A stretch of 64,000 nucleotides of DNA. Origin: Lytechinus pictus (lineage: Eukaryota). Below, one piece after another: positions 36,001 through 50,029 of the stretch. Made by a program: the position numbers and the translations under genes. The notes beneath the pieces are model-generated. The model made no database searches and was not told the origin of the DNA. It worked only from the letters and a program-made list of their open reading frames with translations. Where the stretch lies: positions 5,458,001 to 5,522,000 of the forward strand of contig NC_087246.1 of the NCBI RefSeq assembly GCF_037042905.1, given 5' to 3'. Every line of letters begins with the position of its first letter. Within the stretch, counting starts at the first letter, position 1.

Positions 36001-39000
36001 ATATGTATACCTTCATTTGAAAAAAATACCATTTAAGAAATGAAAGCACAATGATAAATATGAAAGTCTATGCCATACATACATGAATATGCAGATCTTC
36101 ACTGATGGCATATTTTCATTCATATTTTCAATTAAAGTTCACATTTTAATTGACAAAATCACTATTAAATTATAGGGAACACACATAACAGGCAGACAGA
36201 TACTACAATGATTGCCCTCACTGTACCATTGGGATAGACCATGGTACATGTACACACAAGCTGATCTGAGGTTTAAAAGAGGGAACTCAAAATTTGCTCC
36301 ATTTCTTCAGAATTTCAATCAAACCGCCAAAAACTTGTTGAGCAATTTTTTTTTTTACAGAGTTTGCACTTTAATTCTCATAAAACCATAGTCAAATTGG
36401 CAATTTTGGGCAAGCACCCCCCCCCCAAAAAAAACAAACATGTAAATACACCCCATAACTATTCTAGATTTTTATTTGATGATATAGACGCTTAGATCTT
36501 TGAAATGTTTTTTAATACATATATTTTTTAAGTAAAGAAAATTTCCCAATGAATCACTTTCTTAACATTTATTTCAACACTTGTATCAAAATGCATCAAG
36601 CAATGATTGCATTGTCAATTTAAAAAATGAATTGCATTTTAAATGCTTCATGGATAATACTTGTTTACCTTGTTTTCAAGATAATATATGTACATCTGCT
36701 GAAGTCAGTGAAACGTGGGGGTATGAAAATCTGAAATTAAACTCGTACAAATTTAAGAGTGCACTGTGATCTGTGGCAAATTTGGTCAGTTGTGCTAAAA
36801 AAGTAGGCCTTTAAACTAGTAAATTATCTAATTTCCCATGCACACGGATTAGATCCAAATTGACAAGGAACATTTATCACAGTTCACACAATAACTGAAA
36901 AATCCAATTATCATTTTTTTTCTTCTAAAATTGAACAAAAGGGAGGGTTCATAATAACATTCAATTTTTTTTCAAAATACAGCGGAGTTCAACAAACTTT
37001 CGAATAATGAATCTCATTATTATTTTTTGTTGTTGCACACCAAGTACATGGACATCACCCCTTCCATGTCTATATCAGTGAGATGTACAGGCATCTAAGC
37101 CCTTTTTACTTTAAAATATGTTATTATCATATTTCATACATGATTTGGGGGATGTTTCACAAAGATATTAGTATGACTTAGAGTTGCACGTAAATGCCAA
37201 CATGTATATATAAAATAAACGTGCAATCTTATTCATCAATAGGTAGTGCGTGTCCACTTGACTTGGCATGCCTTTTAAAAACACATGCAATTAAGCATTT
37301 ACATGCGACTCTATTACTTAAGTCTTTGTAAAAGACCCCCAGTGCATAATCATAGGCAAGAGTGACTTAATAATGTTTTCAATATAATATTTGTATACAT
37401 TTCTTTTTTAAATTATCTGTATTAAGACCCTGTAAAACTATACATGCTTTCCACCTTATCCCAAATAAAGGGCTCGTCAACTCTAAAATTATGTTATCTA
37501 TTAGAAGCAGAAAATACATGTATTTCTTTTTCACTTCAGAACTGATGTAATTTTATTGATTTTAATTTGGAGCTACGGTACTAGGAAATGTTTAAAAGTT
37601 CAACCAAGTAACAACTTTCAATTAAAAGGAATAGGATAACTCTTGAAATACCTGTACCTGAAAAAGCATAAAGAGTTCTCTAAATACCCCTCAGATATGA
37701 GTTTATCATTTTCCCTTCATGATTTATATATCACCAGTCAGATTGTGTTTCAATTCATGTATGCATCTCTGCTCAGAAGTAAAATCAACAATCCATCATA
37801 AAGAAAAGATTGAGAATTTCATTTAATTCAGTGCAAAGGCAAATGGATGGCAAGCTTGTCAATTATGCAATTATAAACAGCTCTAATTCATCCACAATCA
37901 TATTAGTGTAGAAAGACTCTTCATCAGAGTGCCAACCTCTCGACGCAAAAACTCAGATCGCTTATCCTAAAAAATCATATTTTTGAAAGCAAAATAAGAT
38001 TTCCATGGGAATTTAACATTGCTTTCTAGGATTCAGCTATAAAAATAACCCTCGACTCAGATTCATGAATTTACGCATAGCTCCATGTATTCCTATGAGT
38101 TTCAAAAAAAAATTTTTAACATTTCCTTTGACGTGCATGTTAAAAATATTTTCAATAAAGAATTGGGTCAATAGTTTTCCTGTTTTGGTCATGTAATTTA
38201 CTGATTCTTTTCAAATAATCATATTTTTAGAGTGGAATATCCCTTTAAATAAATTAACACACAATACTATAAAAAGTCAGTGATTACAAGAGTTGGCATT
38301 TAACAACCACTCAAGGCACAAGGTGATATTTTTGTAAAGGCTAGAATATTTTGCCACAACAAAAAAAATACTAACATACATCTCTGGCATAGACTCAAGC
38401 AGCGAATCTATTGCATAAATTGGGGGGGGGGGGTGGCTGATCTATATTTTTTGACAACCCACCATTGCCCCCTCCCCTTGAATAATGTGACATCATATAA
38501 CTGTATCTATGCCGGTGGTATACATGTATGAAGTCTATTAAATTGTTCTAATCATTTATAAATATGCAAATAATATGAACTATCACATGATGCAGAGAAT
38601 ATCTCAAATTCCACCATCATGCAAGACAAAAAAATAGTCAAAATATCTGCAATTTGCTATTTCATGAGCAATAAAAAAGTAGTACTTGCTTTATTGACAG
38701 TTATTACCCACTCTTCTTTTCCTCTCTTCACTAAGCAACATGTACAAATACAAGTACATTTCATGTACATACATGTATACTCAATCTAAAGGACACCCCA
38801 TTTATGACCCGACTGGTCTGCGACAGAGTAAGGGGAGCTTGATTCGCAAGGTAGTCGTAAGCCTCGACGACGCACACCTTGCGATCCGACAACCCTGATG
38901 TCAGCGACTAATGCATGTGCTTTTTGCCATAGCAACTGAGAAAATTACACTTACTACTGCATATATGCGCGTAGCATATCATTTACGCACCGTATTTAAG

Positions 39001-39985
39001 TCTTAAAAGTTCAATTCAACCTTTACTAAATGTGCCTATTTATGAACCTACTCATATTCTAATTTGTAATAATCTTCTTGTTAATCTGTGCCCCCCCCCC
39101 AACCAAAAAATCAATTACCATTCTAAATGTACATTCTAGGGCCCATCTAACAAGATTTTCATAAAGTAAAATTAACGTTAACTAAGTTCTTATCTTTCAT
39201 CTAAAGGGCCTTCCTACTTTCCCTTTACAAACATACAAAAGGCAACTTTTTGATTACAAGTAGTCAACTAGGAGGTGCAGGAGCACTGCTCTGACACATA
39301 CATTCCTGGAGGTGATCATTCTTCAGATTAGGAATTGACTTCAATCTACCATCAGGCCTCTATTTCAATACTGCATTTGCAATCAATGTTAAGATACTTG
39401 AGCTGTAATATTGAACATGATCATTTCTACACCACTATGCACTTGTCTCCAAGCACCCCAAGTATTAGTAATAACTAGAAACAATCCCGAAGGCATTCTA
39501 CTCTACCCCCTCCCAAAATATAGATAAATAAATAAAAACAAAAACCATTAACTCTTGTAAACAAATTTTTGATTAATCAACCCCCCCCCCCATAGTTATA
39601 CCATAGACGTAATGATGAATATAATGCGAGAGATGATCGTCATAATAATGGTGTGCTTATGAACGTTTCCTACTAATGCTGTCTTCATGGTAATGATCAA
39701 GATGTTTGTGATAATACAGTGCAAGGCACTCCAATAATACCCTGAACCTGAATAAATACATGCAACTCCCGGTACTCTACCAGTTCCTTGAATTTACATT
39801 TAAACCTGGTTGAAGTCTTGAATGACATTGACTAGATCCTAGGAGTCAAAGACCCAATAAAGTTATCCTAATACCTTGCATATTATATCCCTGATCATTA
39901 CCATCATCTCCATGACCACTGTTTCCAGAACAGAGAGAATATAAAGTATATACATTATGTGGCCACTGCCTCAAAGATTTTTTTC

Positions 39986-40291
39986 ATTGGCCCGTATTCT
40001 GAAGCCGGGTTTAACTTAAACTCAAGTTTAAAGTTGTGGTTTAAGTATGGATAGCCAATTGTTACATAAATCACTAACGATAGAGATATCGTATTTCAGC
40101 TCAATTGGCTCTCAAACCATTCATAATTGTCTAGGAAGTATAAATAGATCATTGTCTTCACCATCGATGAATCGGGAAAGAGCACATTAAACATACAACT
40201 TAATAAAAAATTTGACACTTTTGGCGTCCCATAATTTTAGCAGAGTTAGACCATGGTCTAAGTTAAACCTGACTTAAGAATACGGGCCAAT
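39986..40291. mobile_element. MITE (Harbinger-like termini); related partial copy at ~40451-40735
   Basis: TIRs attggcccgtattct / agaatacgggccaat. Confidence 0.75.
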
Positions 40292-43200
40292 ATTGAGTTT
40301 AAAAATGCAAATCCTATGCATCAAAATGATAAGAACTAGTCAATACAGGGCCAGTTAACACAAAGCTAAGCATTTGATCATATGAATGATTTCTACATTG
40401 TATGTTTGATTATATTGATTATTATGTGCAATCAAGCATCATATAAACTAATTGGCCCATATTCTGAAGTCAGGTTTAACTTAGACCACGGTCTAACTCT
40501 GTGCTAAAATTATGGGAAGCCAAAAATTAAAAAATTATGTTTATATTGTGTATTTCTTATGTGACTATTTTGTTTCCCTTTGCTTTCATAATAAAGAAAG
40601 GTACTTCAGTTATCATTCCCATGCAATTATGAACAATTTGGGTGTCATGTATTGAATGTTTACTATTTGGATTCGTGCCCCAATTGACTCTCCATTGTTA
40701 AACCACAAGTTTAAAGTTGTGTTCAGAATACAGAACATAGTCACTAAACTTTGTGCACACTAATACTCGATTCAAACTAAATTCAGTGAATGCTTCGAAG
40801 AATAAGAACAGTGCGAGCTTCACTCAAGCATGATAAGCACATTCTGTGCAAGCTGGGCAAAACTTTTAAGTCCAGAAAAAAAATACGTCTGAAAGAAACT
40901 TTTGTATCTAACTTTACGTCTTCAAAATGTGACAATCTGGAAAGAAACATTACTCTTTCAAAGAAGCTAATTTTTTTCTACATTTTCATTTTTGTAGACC
41001 AAATTACTATTTTGGCTAGATATACACCTTGCCTGGTGATTTATTCTTTGTTTTGAGGCAGTAGGTCACATATGGAGTTGATGTCCAGTACATGAGGACT
41101 TGCCAAAATCAAAGCTAAGTACAGTGAAATACAGCATGCAGTGAGGCCAACAGGTAAAACCTTTGTTCTAAGGAATTTTCTTATATTTAACAACACCAAA
41201 TCCTTCAACAGAGTACATGTTAATTTGTATGTTAAAACACAACTCTTAACCACATTGTTAAAGAAAGTCAAGAATGGATTATTTACAACTACTTGTCCTG
41301 TTATTGCCCATTCTATCACACCAAGGGGATGGAATCTCCACTCCTTCAAGGTTCTATGTAAAAATAGTCAACATAAAGAGCTTCCTCTCATGTCCTCCAA
41401 TACATTAACCAGGTCAGATTTGAGAGAGTTGCATGTATAATCTTACTGTACATGGATGAAGAAGTATAACTGTGGCGTCCACTTTCTTTTATCATCCAGT
41501 TCCATTCCACATCTCTAAAATGTGAAGGGGGGAAGGCAATACACTACAGCCTGAAAAAAACTTCAATTTTACAGCTTTGATCTTCAAAAGTTGTCAAACA
41601 TTTTCTAGATTATCCAGTTATATTGCAAATCTATATATTAAAAAAAATCTTTAACATAAATATTTTGTGAATTTATCTGGCAAATCATGCATAATGTAAA
41701 TACTGTGATACAGATTGTTCATAATTGATTTCATAAAAAAAAACATTTGAGTGAATCTAGCCAATTGTAAACAAAGCCCATCACTAACACTCAATGTGCA
41801 CCAGATATTTATTGCAAGAAAATCAAGTCTCCCTTTAATAGAAGAGTTTAGTAAGTACTTCACAAACATGAAATTTACGTGTTTGCAACCATCTTTGGTA
41901 AAGTAATCCTATGTCATAGGCTATGACTTCTGCAAGTGCATAATACAATCTTCACAACTATTGGACTAGAGCGATCAAAGAGGACTGCTTGGGTTGTAGT
42001 ATACTAAAATAAGTGTGTTTTTTTTTTTACAGAGATGTATCTTGACAGAGATGTAGTAAAGACCTGAGCCTATGCAAAAACATAAAATCAATTTTTAATT
42101 ATTATGCAAACTAATTGTGCACGCTATGCACAGAATTTGTTTTTATGAACTCATAATAATCCAAATCATTATACAGAAAACCTGCTGACAAACACGCTAA
42201 ATTTTGGCATGATTATTTTATTAATGAATACCCATCCACAAAACTTCAAGAAGGCAGCTTTTCATGATAAGACATAACACCAGACCACCATGGTGCATTA
42301 AGAGAAAACATAGTGACCTTTGAATCTGGTACAGCAATGTGTGAGGGAACATTGTGGGATCCGAACACACAGCCCTCTGATTATAGAGAAGAGGAAATTA
42401 TAAGAGGAGGACCATGTTGCACATGCAGTCGGGCAATGGTAATGCAACGTTGTAAGCTGCATTGCAATCGGTTATGCAACAATCTCATGGTCCAGATATT
42501 ATTGCACCTAGTCGCAAGACTGGTTTCTGTAGGTCACTAGCGCAACATGTAAGTGTTGCACAACTTCTAGTCGACTAAATGTGTATACTTAATCACTCCA
42601 ACTCTCGCATCAAGTCATGCAACGTTGAGCAAATGTTCAGTTCAGATGCAACCACTTGCGACCACAGCTGGTTTGTGCGATTGCCTGCAATACACTAAGC
42701 AATCAATCGTGCAACACCGGGAAACAAATGTTGCAGGCGTTCGCGAACTGAGCGGGGATCATTTGGGAAAGGGCCTTTAGGTCAAATTTTACAATTTCTT
42801 GGAGGTACTTTAAAATACTGCAAGGATAGGACTTTAAAGCATGCAAATTGTCTCAAAATACAAAGGAATACATGACAAGAAATTCTGGTACCTTGCATGA
42901 AGTAATATTGATGAAAGTAATACTACATGTGTAGCTCCTTTATCTGTTAATTTCTTCCAGTCTTGGAGAACTGCAGGACCAAGAGTATTTGCAGGAAAAT
43001 TGATTTGTCTTATAATATAAAGAGTATAGAGAAGAGACAGATGATCATGAAAGAGCTGCTAATGTTCTTTATTAGGATGGGCTACATATAAGAATGATAT
43101 TCGCCAACACTAATCACCTATTAAAACCCAAAGAAAAAAAATTAATATGATAGGGTGAACTGTTTTTCACCTTTAAATATTTTGGTGGATCATTTTTTTA

Positions 43201-43336
43201 TTAGCAGTGACCTTTACAAATATCATTCACATACAATGAATAGTACCTTCAAGAATTTGACATATAGCAGAAATCTGAGTTTTTGGTTCATCACAAGATT
43301 GGTCTGGACTACATCCCTGTATTTAGAATAGCTTCC

Positions 43337-44610
43337 TTAAATTTGATTCACTTCCTCATTTCTGCAACCCTCATTTTTTACAGAGACTAACTTCTTATCT
43401 CCAGTAAGAAAGACACCTGTGAGTGATCCGTGGTAAACGCAACCGGTATCCAGCCCAGTTGCGTACGGGTATCGCTGGAGTCCCTCGAGCGAATGGTGAC
43501 CAAAGTAGACATGTTGAGGACCTTTCCAGAGCTCTCCCCAAAGCTGTCCGTGAGTGATATGCTTGGTGGCTTTCAGCTCCTTGCCTTCAACAATGATGTT
43601 CCTCATCAAGAGCATCTCATCCTGTGTATGCTCCTCCAAGGGTTTGCCAGGAAGTAGCCCTCCATGGACAATGATAGCATTGAGGCTAGGTATACTAATG
43701 GTGTATGGTAGTTCCTTTAAGTACTCATAATCACTTTCATCCAGATCATACAGCCATTGCTTGGAGGCTTTAGGCTCATATCCTATATTCAACTTCATCA
43801 GACGCAGTTTCCGGACTGCAGATCGTTCATGGTTTCCCATGACACAGTAAGAGTTTGATGAACGGACAAAGTTGAGTACTTCGCAGGTCTTGGGACCCTT
43901 GTTGACGATGTCTCCAACAAAAATCATCAGGGCGTTAGGATCCTTGTCAATATCAGCTATGTGCAAGAGGGCTAGAAGGTTGTCATAGCAACCATGGACA
44001 TCACCAATTATGAAGATTCTTTTGCCAGCTATGATATCTTCGCTCAAGGTGAGATGAGGCATGGTTGGCAAAGGAAAGGCCAATTCTTTGAGGAAGAGTT
44101 CAGCTTCCTCTTTTGGGATGGGATTGTCTTTAGAATACTTCCTGCAAAGCTGTGCGAAGTACTCTTCTTCACTTATCTTATGGTCTTCAACTTCATGTGT
44201 TTGTTTATCACTTGTGTTTATGTTGTGTTGTTCAATCACATCCCCTTGACCTACCTGAACAACCTCAACATCTTTAACTGTTTTGTTCTCTTCAACTACT
44301 TGGTTACCTATCTGGTCATCATTACCTACATGTATATTATGCTCATCTTCCCTTAACTTTTCTTCATCAATAATCACTGGGTCATCTTCACCATTTGGTT
44401 TCTTTCTATCCAACTCGTCTTCATCTTTGAAACTATCTTTATCCACCTGATGAACTTCAATTACATCATCATCTTCATTCAGATTTTCAGTTGCATTCTG
44501 TTCATCTTTAGCGATTTGCTGCTCTCCACGTTCCTCTTCTCCACTTGCTATCTGACCATCTTCAACATCCTGGCGAGCATTCGTTGTATTGGCATTTCCA
44601 GTTTCTCCAT
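43337..44610 (-). CDS. ApaH/PrpE-like metallophosphoesterase (ALPH family; bis(5'-nucleosyl)-tetraphosphatase-like), main coding exon
   Basis: Intact motifs IIGDVHGC, FVGDIVNKGP, MGNHE, VHGG, VYFGH and GLDTGCV follow ~190 aa of mostly acidic low-complexity sequence. Acceptor ttttttatgatag| at 44611, phase 1. The TTG start at 44662 in the ORF track is intronic. Confidence 0.92.
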
Positions 44611-46141
44611 CTATCATAAAAAACAAACATTGTAATATAGTTGTAATTCCTTCACTGATCATTGGACATCTATGTTTAGAGCTAGCAAACTAAGGAGATT
44701 GCACTCATTTACAATCGATTTAGATTTTTTTAATATCATCCTGTGCTTTTTCTATCACATCACTAATGTACAAATATGAAATTCCATTCACTCCATTTGT
44801 ATTAAAAAATCAACAAAACACGTGTGTAATTATGCATTAATAATTCATACACATAGGTATGAGTGTAGTGGGTGAGTGGTGATACAGTTTGGCAAATCAC
44901 CTTATCAAGTGTTGGTCAATATTCCAGTTTCATGAACATTTAAGATTCAAGAAAATCTATTGTCATGTAAAAATACACAGAATTTGTTTTGGGGCACGGG
45001 GAACAAATGAGTGAAAACCACATATATAGATACACACCAATTGACAAACATAATATACATTCAACTGAATGTGTACTTCCTGAAACTGTCCTCTGCACGT
45101 GATATAAAGCCAAAATATTTAGCAAATTTACAATGTATATCAAAATCATTTGGAAATAGATCCTAAAAACCCAATCCCCCCCCCCCCCAAAAAAAAAGGG
45201 ATAGGAGTCATAGGCCTATATCAATTTTGTCACCATTTCCTACACATTTAGTCTTTGTTCAGTTTTCTGAAATGCAGTACTATATTTATAAGATGTGTTT
45301 GCACAGAATATTTAACAAGAGAGAGGGTACTACATACATGTGTTTATCCTCAAAATTCAAATTCAAGGTTTCACAACTTATAGATAAAGAACAAATTGAA
45401 TGGTCCCTGAAATAAGAAGAGAGAGAGTCCTTTTTGTTATTCAATGGTTTCTAGAAGGAAGATGTCACAGTGCCTACATGTAGAAGAAATGAAGTGTCAT
45501 GAATGTATAATCATCACACCAGTAATAAAATAAATTTGATTGCTGCATTTTTTATTGAATATGTAATATAAGAATAAGAAGTAATATTGTGACACATTCG
45601 GGATATTGCCAATTACGAATACAACATATACTACTGATTTAAATCATTCCCTATTTGGTCCACAGGAAATAATGTCTACATGGAATACAATTTGAACGGC
45701 ATTTATCAGAGAGGAACTCTTTACAATAATAATACCCACCATGTAGACCTTTGCAGGATGAGAAGCACAAACCCATATTGGTTTAACTACAACAGTGAAC
45801 TCAAACCAGGCTCTCTCTAGTCTTATGTGATGCATCACCCATCCATGTCTGATCTCTTGACTCTACAGATTGTGAGTGAACAGAGTATGTCATCTACCAG
45901 CTCATCAAGGGAATGGTCACTTGTGTTGGCCGGCTAGCTGGCAGGTTTAATCAACAACTAGTGCAGACTTGCCACTGCAAATAGTATGAAAAGTACATCA
46001 AGAATGTCATCAGGGTAGGTATTACTACAGAACATAGAGAGAAGTGAGAGTGAAAAAGAGAAAGGGGGTGAAGCAGAGAAGGGGTAGCAGAAAAAAATTA
46101 AGAAATTTAGGAAAAAGGATAAATTAATTAAATTTTCTCAC

Positions 46142-46148
46142 TTGCCAT
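46142..46148 (-). CDS. Probable start-codon mini-exon of the ALPH-like gene (ATG GCA A; whole exon 46164-46142)
   Basis: Minus strand reads ttttttcacag|gtcatgttttgatgagATGGCAA|gtgaga. Phase 1 joins to 44610, giving MANGETGNAN..., 426 aa in total. Confidence 0.65.
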
Positions 46149-46289
46149 CTCATCAAAACATGACCTGTGAAAAAAATATGTTTAGAGTTATGTGCACAAA
46201 TATCCGACAAAAATGAATTCAACTCCCTCCCCACAACTACAGTAACCCGCACTAGCAGGGGACTTGCTACCTCAAGTGATGGTTTGTTG

Positions 46290-46507
46290 AGGCTCCACTT
46301 CACTTCACTACCGCTACACCTACCAGAACCATCAAGGTGCAAAACTCACTTTGATACTCCGAGTGACAAAGGGGATCGCAGCTCAAGATCATGAATATTC
46401 ATGAGTATTCATATAGATCGAGATCGGATAAATGAATATGCAAATAGCAAAACGATCCTGATCTATAGGAATACTCATGAATATGGTAGTGAAGTGTAGT
46501 GGAGCCT
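46290..46507. mobile_element. Small MITE with internal palindrome
   Basis: TIRs aggctccact / agtggagcct. Internal inverted atattcatgagtattc / gaatactcatgaatat. Confidence 0.6.
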
Positions 46508-46964
46508 ACACGAACCATCACTTGTGGTAGAGACTTTATTACCTTATTACAGTATAAGCTGTTATTTTCGCGGGGGTTTTATTTTTGTGGATTTCGTGAA
46601 TTGCTGATCGGCCGCGAATGCGCAAAAATATTTACACATTTAGTAATTGGTGCCAATGTCCCCAACAGCAAAGCTTTGCTATTGCAAACATCCTGTGTGG
46701 TGAAAATATGGAGATATGCACCTATAGAGGTCAATGTACAAAATTAAGGTTGAAAAAGTATGGTTAGTAATTCAAAAATTCAGTTAAAATTTCGCTTTTT
46801 TTAATTCCCAAACAAAATGCAGAGCCTAAATTATTTCCAAATATATGTTTATCAATATTTATTCACTCAATGCAATATTACAATGTATTTTCCATAAAAT
46901 AATGCAATTAATTATGCAGTTGGGTTTCTAGGTCTATCACTGTGGCTATCTCCATCTAACTAAA

Positions 46965-48985
46965 TAATTAGTGCCAGTGTGCTGTGCCAGAATTACTGTT
47001 CCCAAGGGTGAGTTTCACTGCAGACCAAAACTTGTCTAACTGTGATTTGAATCTGTTCAATGTTGATGCAGTAACTATCTCTGCCGGCAAAAATTTCCAG
47101 TCATTTACAACTCTGGCACTGAAAGTATACATTTTTCTAACATCAAGTCTGCTTCTCTTCACATACTACAGTTTACATGGAGGTCCATGTGTTGTCTGTG
47201 TTGATGCAGATTGCAGATGTAAAGAACATGTCCTTGTTCAAATCGTTGATGTCATTGATGATCTTGTATGTCTCTATTATTTCCCCTCTTCGCATTCTGT
47301 ACTGAATGGAAGGTAACTTCATAGAATGCAGCCTTTTCCGTAGTCTAGATCTTTCAATGATGGCACCAACTTGGTAGCACGGTGCTGGAATTTTTTAATG
47401 GCTTTCAGGTCACAAACATACCTTTGGTGCCAAATAGCATTTCCATACTCAAAAGAGGGTCTAACCAATGCTTTGTACAATTTAACGATGGTAGCTTTAT
47501 CTCTATAAATGCAATTACGCCTGATCAGAGCATGTACGTGGTTGGCTTTCAATACGGCACATGCAACATGGAATGGAACTTCAAATCAGAGTCAATGATA
47601 ACTCCCAAGTTTCTTTCTTTTTCAAGCACAGTGTCATTAATCTGGTACTGAAAGTGTATGCCCTGCTTTCCAATGTGTACCGTAAGTAACGGTCTATTAA
47701 CCGCACCTTTTTCTCGGCGGGATAGAAGCAAAAGTCGGGGGTGCGGTTTATGCACGGTGATAGGTCTGAGCCAGACTCGGCCTGAAAAAAAAAAAGTCCA
47801 TTTCCCTCTGAACGGCGGTCTGTTATGATGACAAGGCTAGAGAAAGACTCAAGAAAATAATAATTAGCAGCCTGTCATAACCCCTTCCGAACACGTACCG
47901 TAGACGTCTGCCAGTTCACAACACATCGAGTGGCCGGGCGTAGCCGCCGAGGGCAATGTCGTTTAGAGGTGTATGAGCCGTGGGTAATGGGAAGCGATTA
48001 TTACGATCTTAATCAAATATTGTCCATAAAAGTTTGATTAACAAACGCACCTACCTTCGTGATACTAATTTGGACTTTATTCTTAAGTCATTGATTCAAA
48101 GCAGCGAAGTTCCCTAGCTAAGTTCAAACAGATGCCAAGCATACACGGTAATATTTTGTCACAGCCGAGCGAGAGTGAGAGCTTGCATATCATGCGTTGT
48201 ATTGTGGTTATAGTGCAACTTAAGCTGGCGCTATTCATTTTACCCCCTCACCTCGATCCCCCAAAGTCCCGTAACAAAATTACTGCCCGCGTGCCAGCTT
48301 ATTTTTTTCTTTCCTGTTTGCTTTTCATAAAATACCACCACACATGAGAGACGGCACGAAGCCGTAAAATAAACTACTGAAAAAATGCCAATTTCTTTGT
48401 TTCTTGAACCTTCCTGTAATCCTGTATCCAAAATTCATGCTAAGACATCGAATGCTAGACAAATTCTGAAAGTGATAGTAAGGTTGTGATGTGGGAAATG
48501 TGAATGTTTCTTCCTCTCCTACACTGGAAAGACACGGTAGCTGTAGCATAATTTGATGATATCGTGATGTGATGTATCGTACTTTAACAGCAGTGAATGC
48601 TGTGTGTGTGTGTGTACACTGTGAGGTGAGTGTGTAAGTGGCCAATAATGTCGGAACCTTTCTTTCTTGCTATCATTCGTAGATGAATTGGTCAAGAACA
48701 GCAGATTTCCGTATACCAGTAATCTCTTTTGATACTTTGAAATCTGTAACTTAGACTTAGTTTTCGTTTCTTGGTACCTCAAATATGCATGTAAATGTGA
48801 GAAGGATTTAAAAAGAGAATATGATTTTTTTTTTTTTTTGTCCAAAGTTGGGGGTGCGTTTAATCCACGGGTGCGGTTTATAGTCCGTTACTTACGGTAC
48901 ATGTAGAGACTTCACTTAGATGCATTTAAGCTTAGTTGCCATTTCTCTGACCACTCCACCAGCTTATCTAGATCAATCTGAAGCA
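46965..48985 (-). mobile_element. CR1 LINE 3' relic (RT C-terminus), split by a MITE
   Basis: EKERNLGVIIDSDLKF, LYKALVRPSFEYGNAIW, FSARVVNDW..LPAEIVTASTLNRFKSQLDKFW. The RT continues at 48900-48985. Confidence 0.85.
47680..48897. mobile_element. Tc1/mariner-pogo-type non-autonomous element, copy 1
   Basis: TA|ccgtaagtaacgg ... ccgttacttacgg|TA, inserted into the CR1. Confidence 0.88.
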
Positions 48986-49255
48986 CGCACCGAGGCAGCT
49001 GAGCGGCTAGACCAAAAGCTTCAGTCTCTGTATTTTGGTTGTTCCGCTTAACTGCGTTGGCTCACTCACCAATACATAGACTGAAGAGCTTGGAGGCCCG
49101 TACGTACAGACAACGTATTAGCAATAACGTTAGATCTAACATTCGGCGGAAACCCGATTTTCAGATCGTTTTTTTTTTACATAAAATGTCACATTATAAA
49201 AAAGAAATTACATCCAAACTTACGAAAAAATATATAAAATTCAGAAATATCATAC

Positions 49256-49520
49256 CTCAGACCGCAATTACCGCCAATTCCTTTCAAACGATTATCAAAA
49301 CATAGTCATCTTCGATCCTTTCGTTGGTCAACGTAAGTTGCCATCTTTGATGACGTCATCATCCTTACAGACGTATTCACCAGTCGCTATATATCGCAAT
49401 TAGTGCCACTGTTTTGCGCTTGTAGACGTTGAACGTAGAGGGCAGCAACACACGGCTGCCATTTTTTCCTCTCCGGAAGAAAAATTTACAAAATAAGGAA
49501 CAAATCATCGGTAACGTATA
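49256..49520. promoter_or_regulatory. CpG-rich promoter-like segment; candidate 5'UTR exon of the ALPH-like gene
   Basis: CRE palindrome tgacgtca (~49351), YY1-like gccatctt and gccatttt, ETS-like ccggaag, and a minus-strand donor ctgag|gtatga at 49256. Confidence 0.35.
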
Positions 49521-50029
49521 TTTTCGATATTTTCTTAGAATATGTATAGTATCAAAACAAAGATAAGAGTCTAACGAAAATAGTGGGCCTTCGTTCAAGA
49601 TGATATAGAAAATAAAAATCTTGACAAAAACCGGTCGCCCGAATTGAGCACTAACACACTACTGTCGGTGAATGGGGATTATAGTAAAATGTCAAAAATT
49701 GTTAAATAAATCCCCAGAAACGACGGTTATTCCTGTCTACTGAGCGGCTTGCGTCGCGCCGCCAAGCGTCAAAATGAACCTGGCAAGAACGTTGAATATA
49801 ACAGAGACCGAAGCTTTTGGTCTAAGGAACAGAGTGCTAAAAAAATAAGTCGCCGAAGGGACTTCATATCGATCGGTAAGTAGTGAAAATAATGGAACAA
49901 TTTGATTAGATTTAGATTTCGCAGAAATAATTTATTTTGTGCAATCGCATGGTCACGGAATTGTTTTATCTGGACTCCAGGAATCTCCAAAGTGGAAGGA
50001 TCAGCTCATATGAACCCTTGTTACATGTA

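Noticed and set aside
30450..43300. Possible hidden gene in the 13-kb AT-rich stretch
   Set aside because: No convincing exons or protein motifs were found by eye, only MITE fragments and simple repeats. It may include a long ALPH 3'UTR, which cannot be shown from sequence alone.
44611..44662. Hydrophobic N-terminus (MISEGITTILQCLFFMI) of the 441-aa ORF as a signal peptide
   Set aside because: It starts at TTG and corresponds to the intron's pyrimidine-rich acceptor region.
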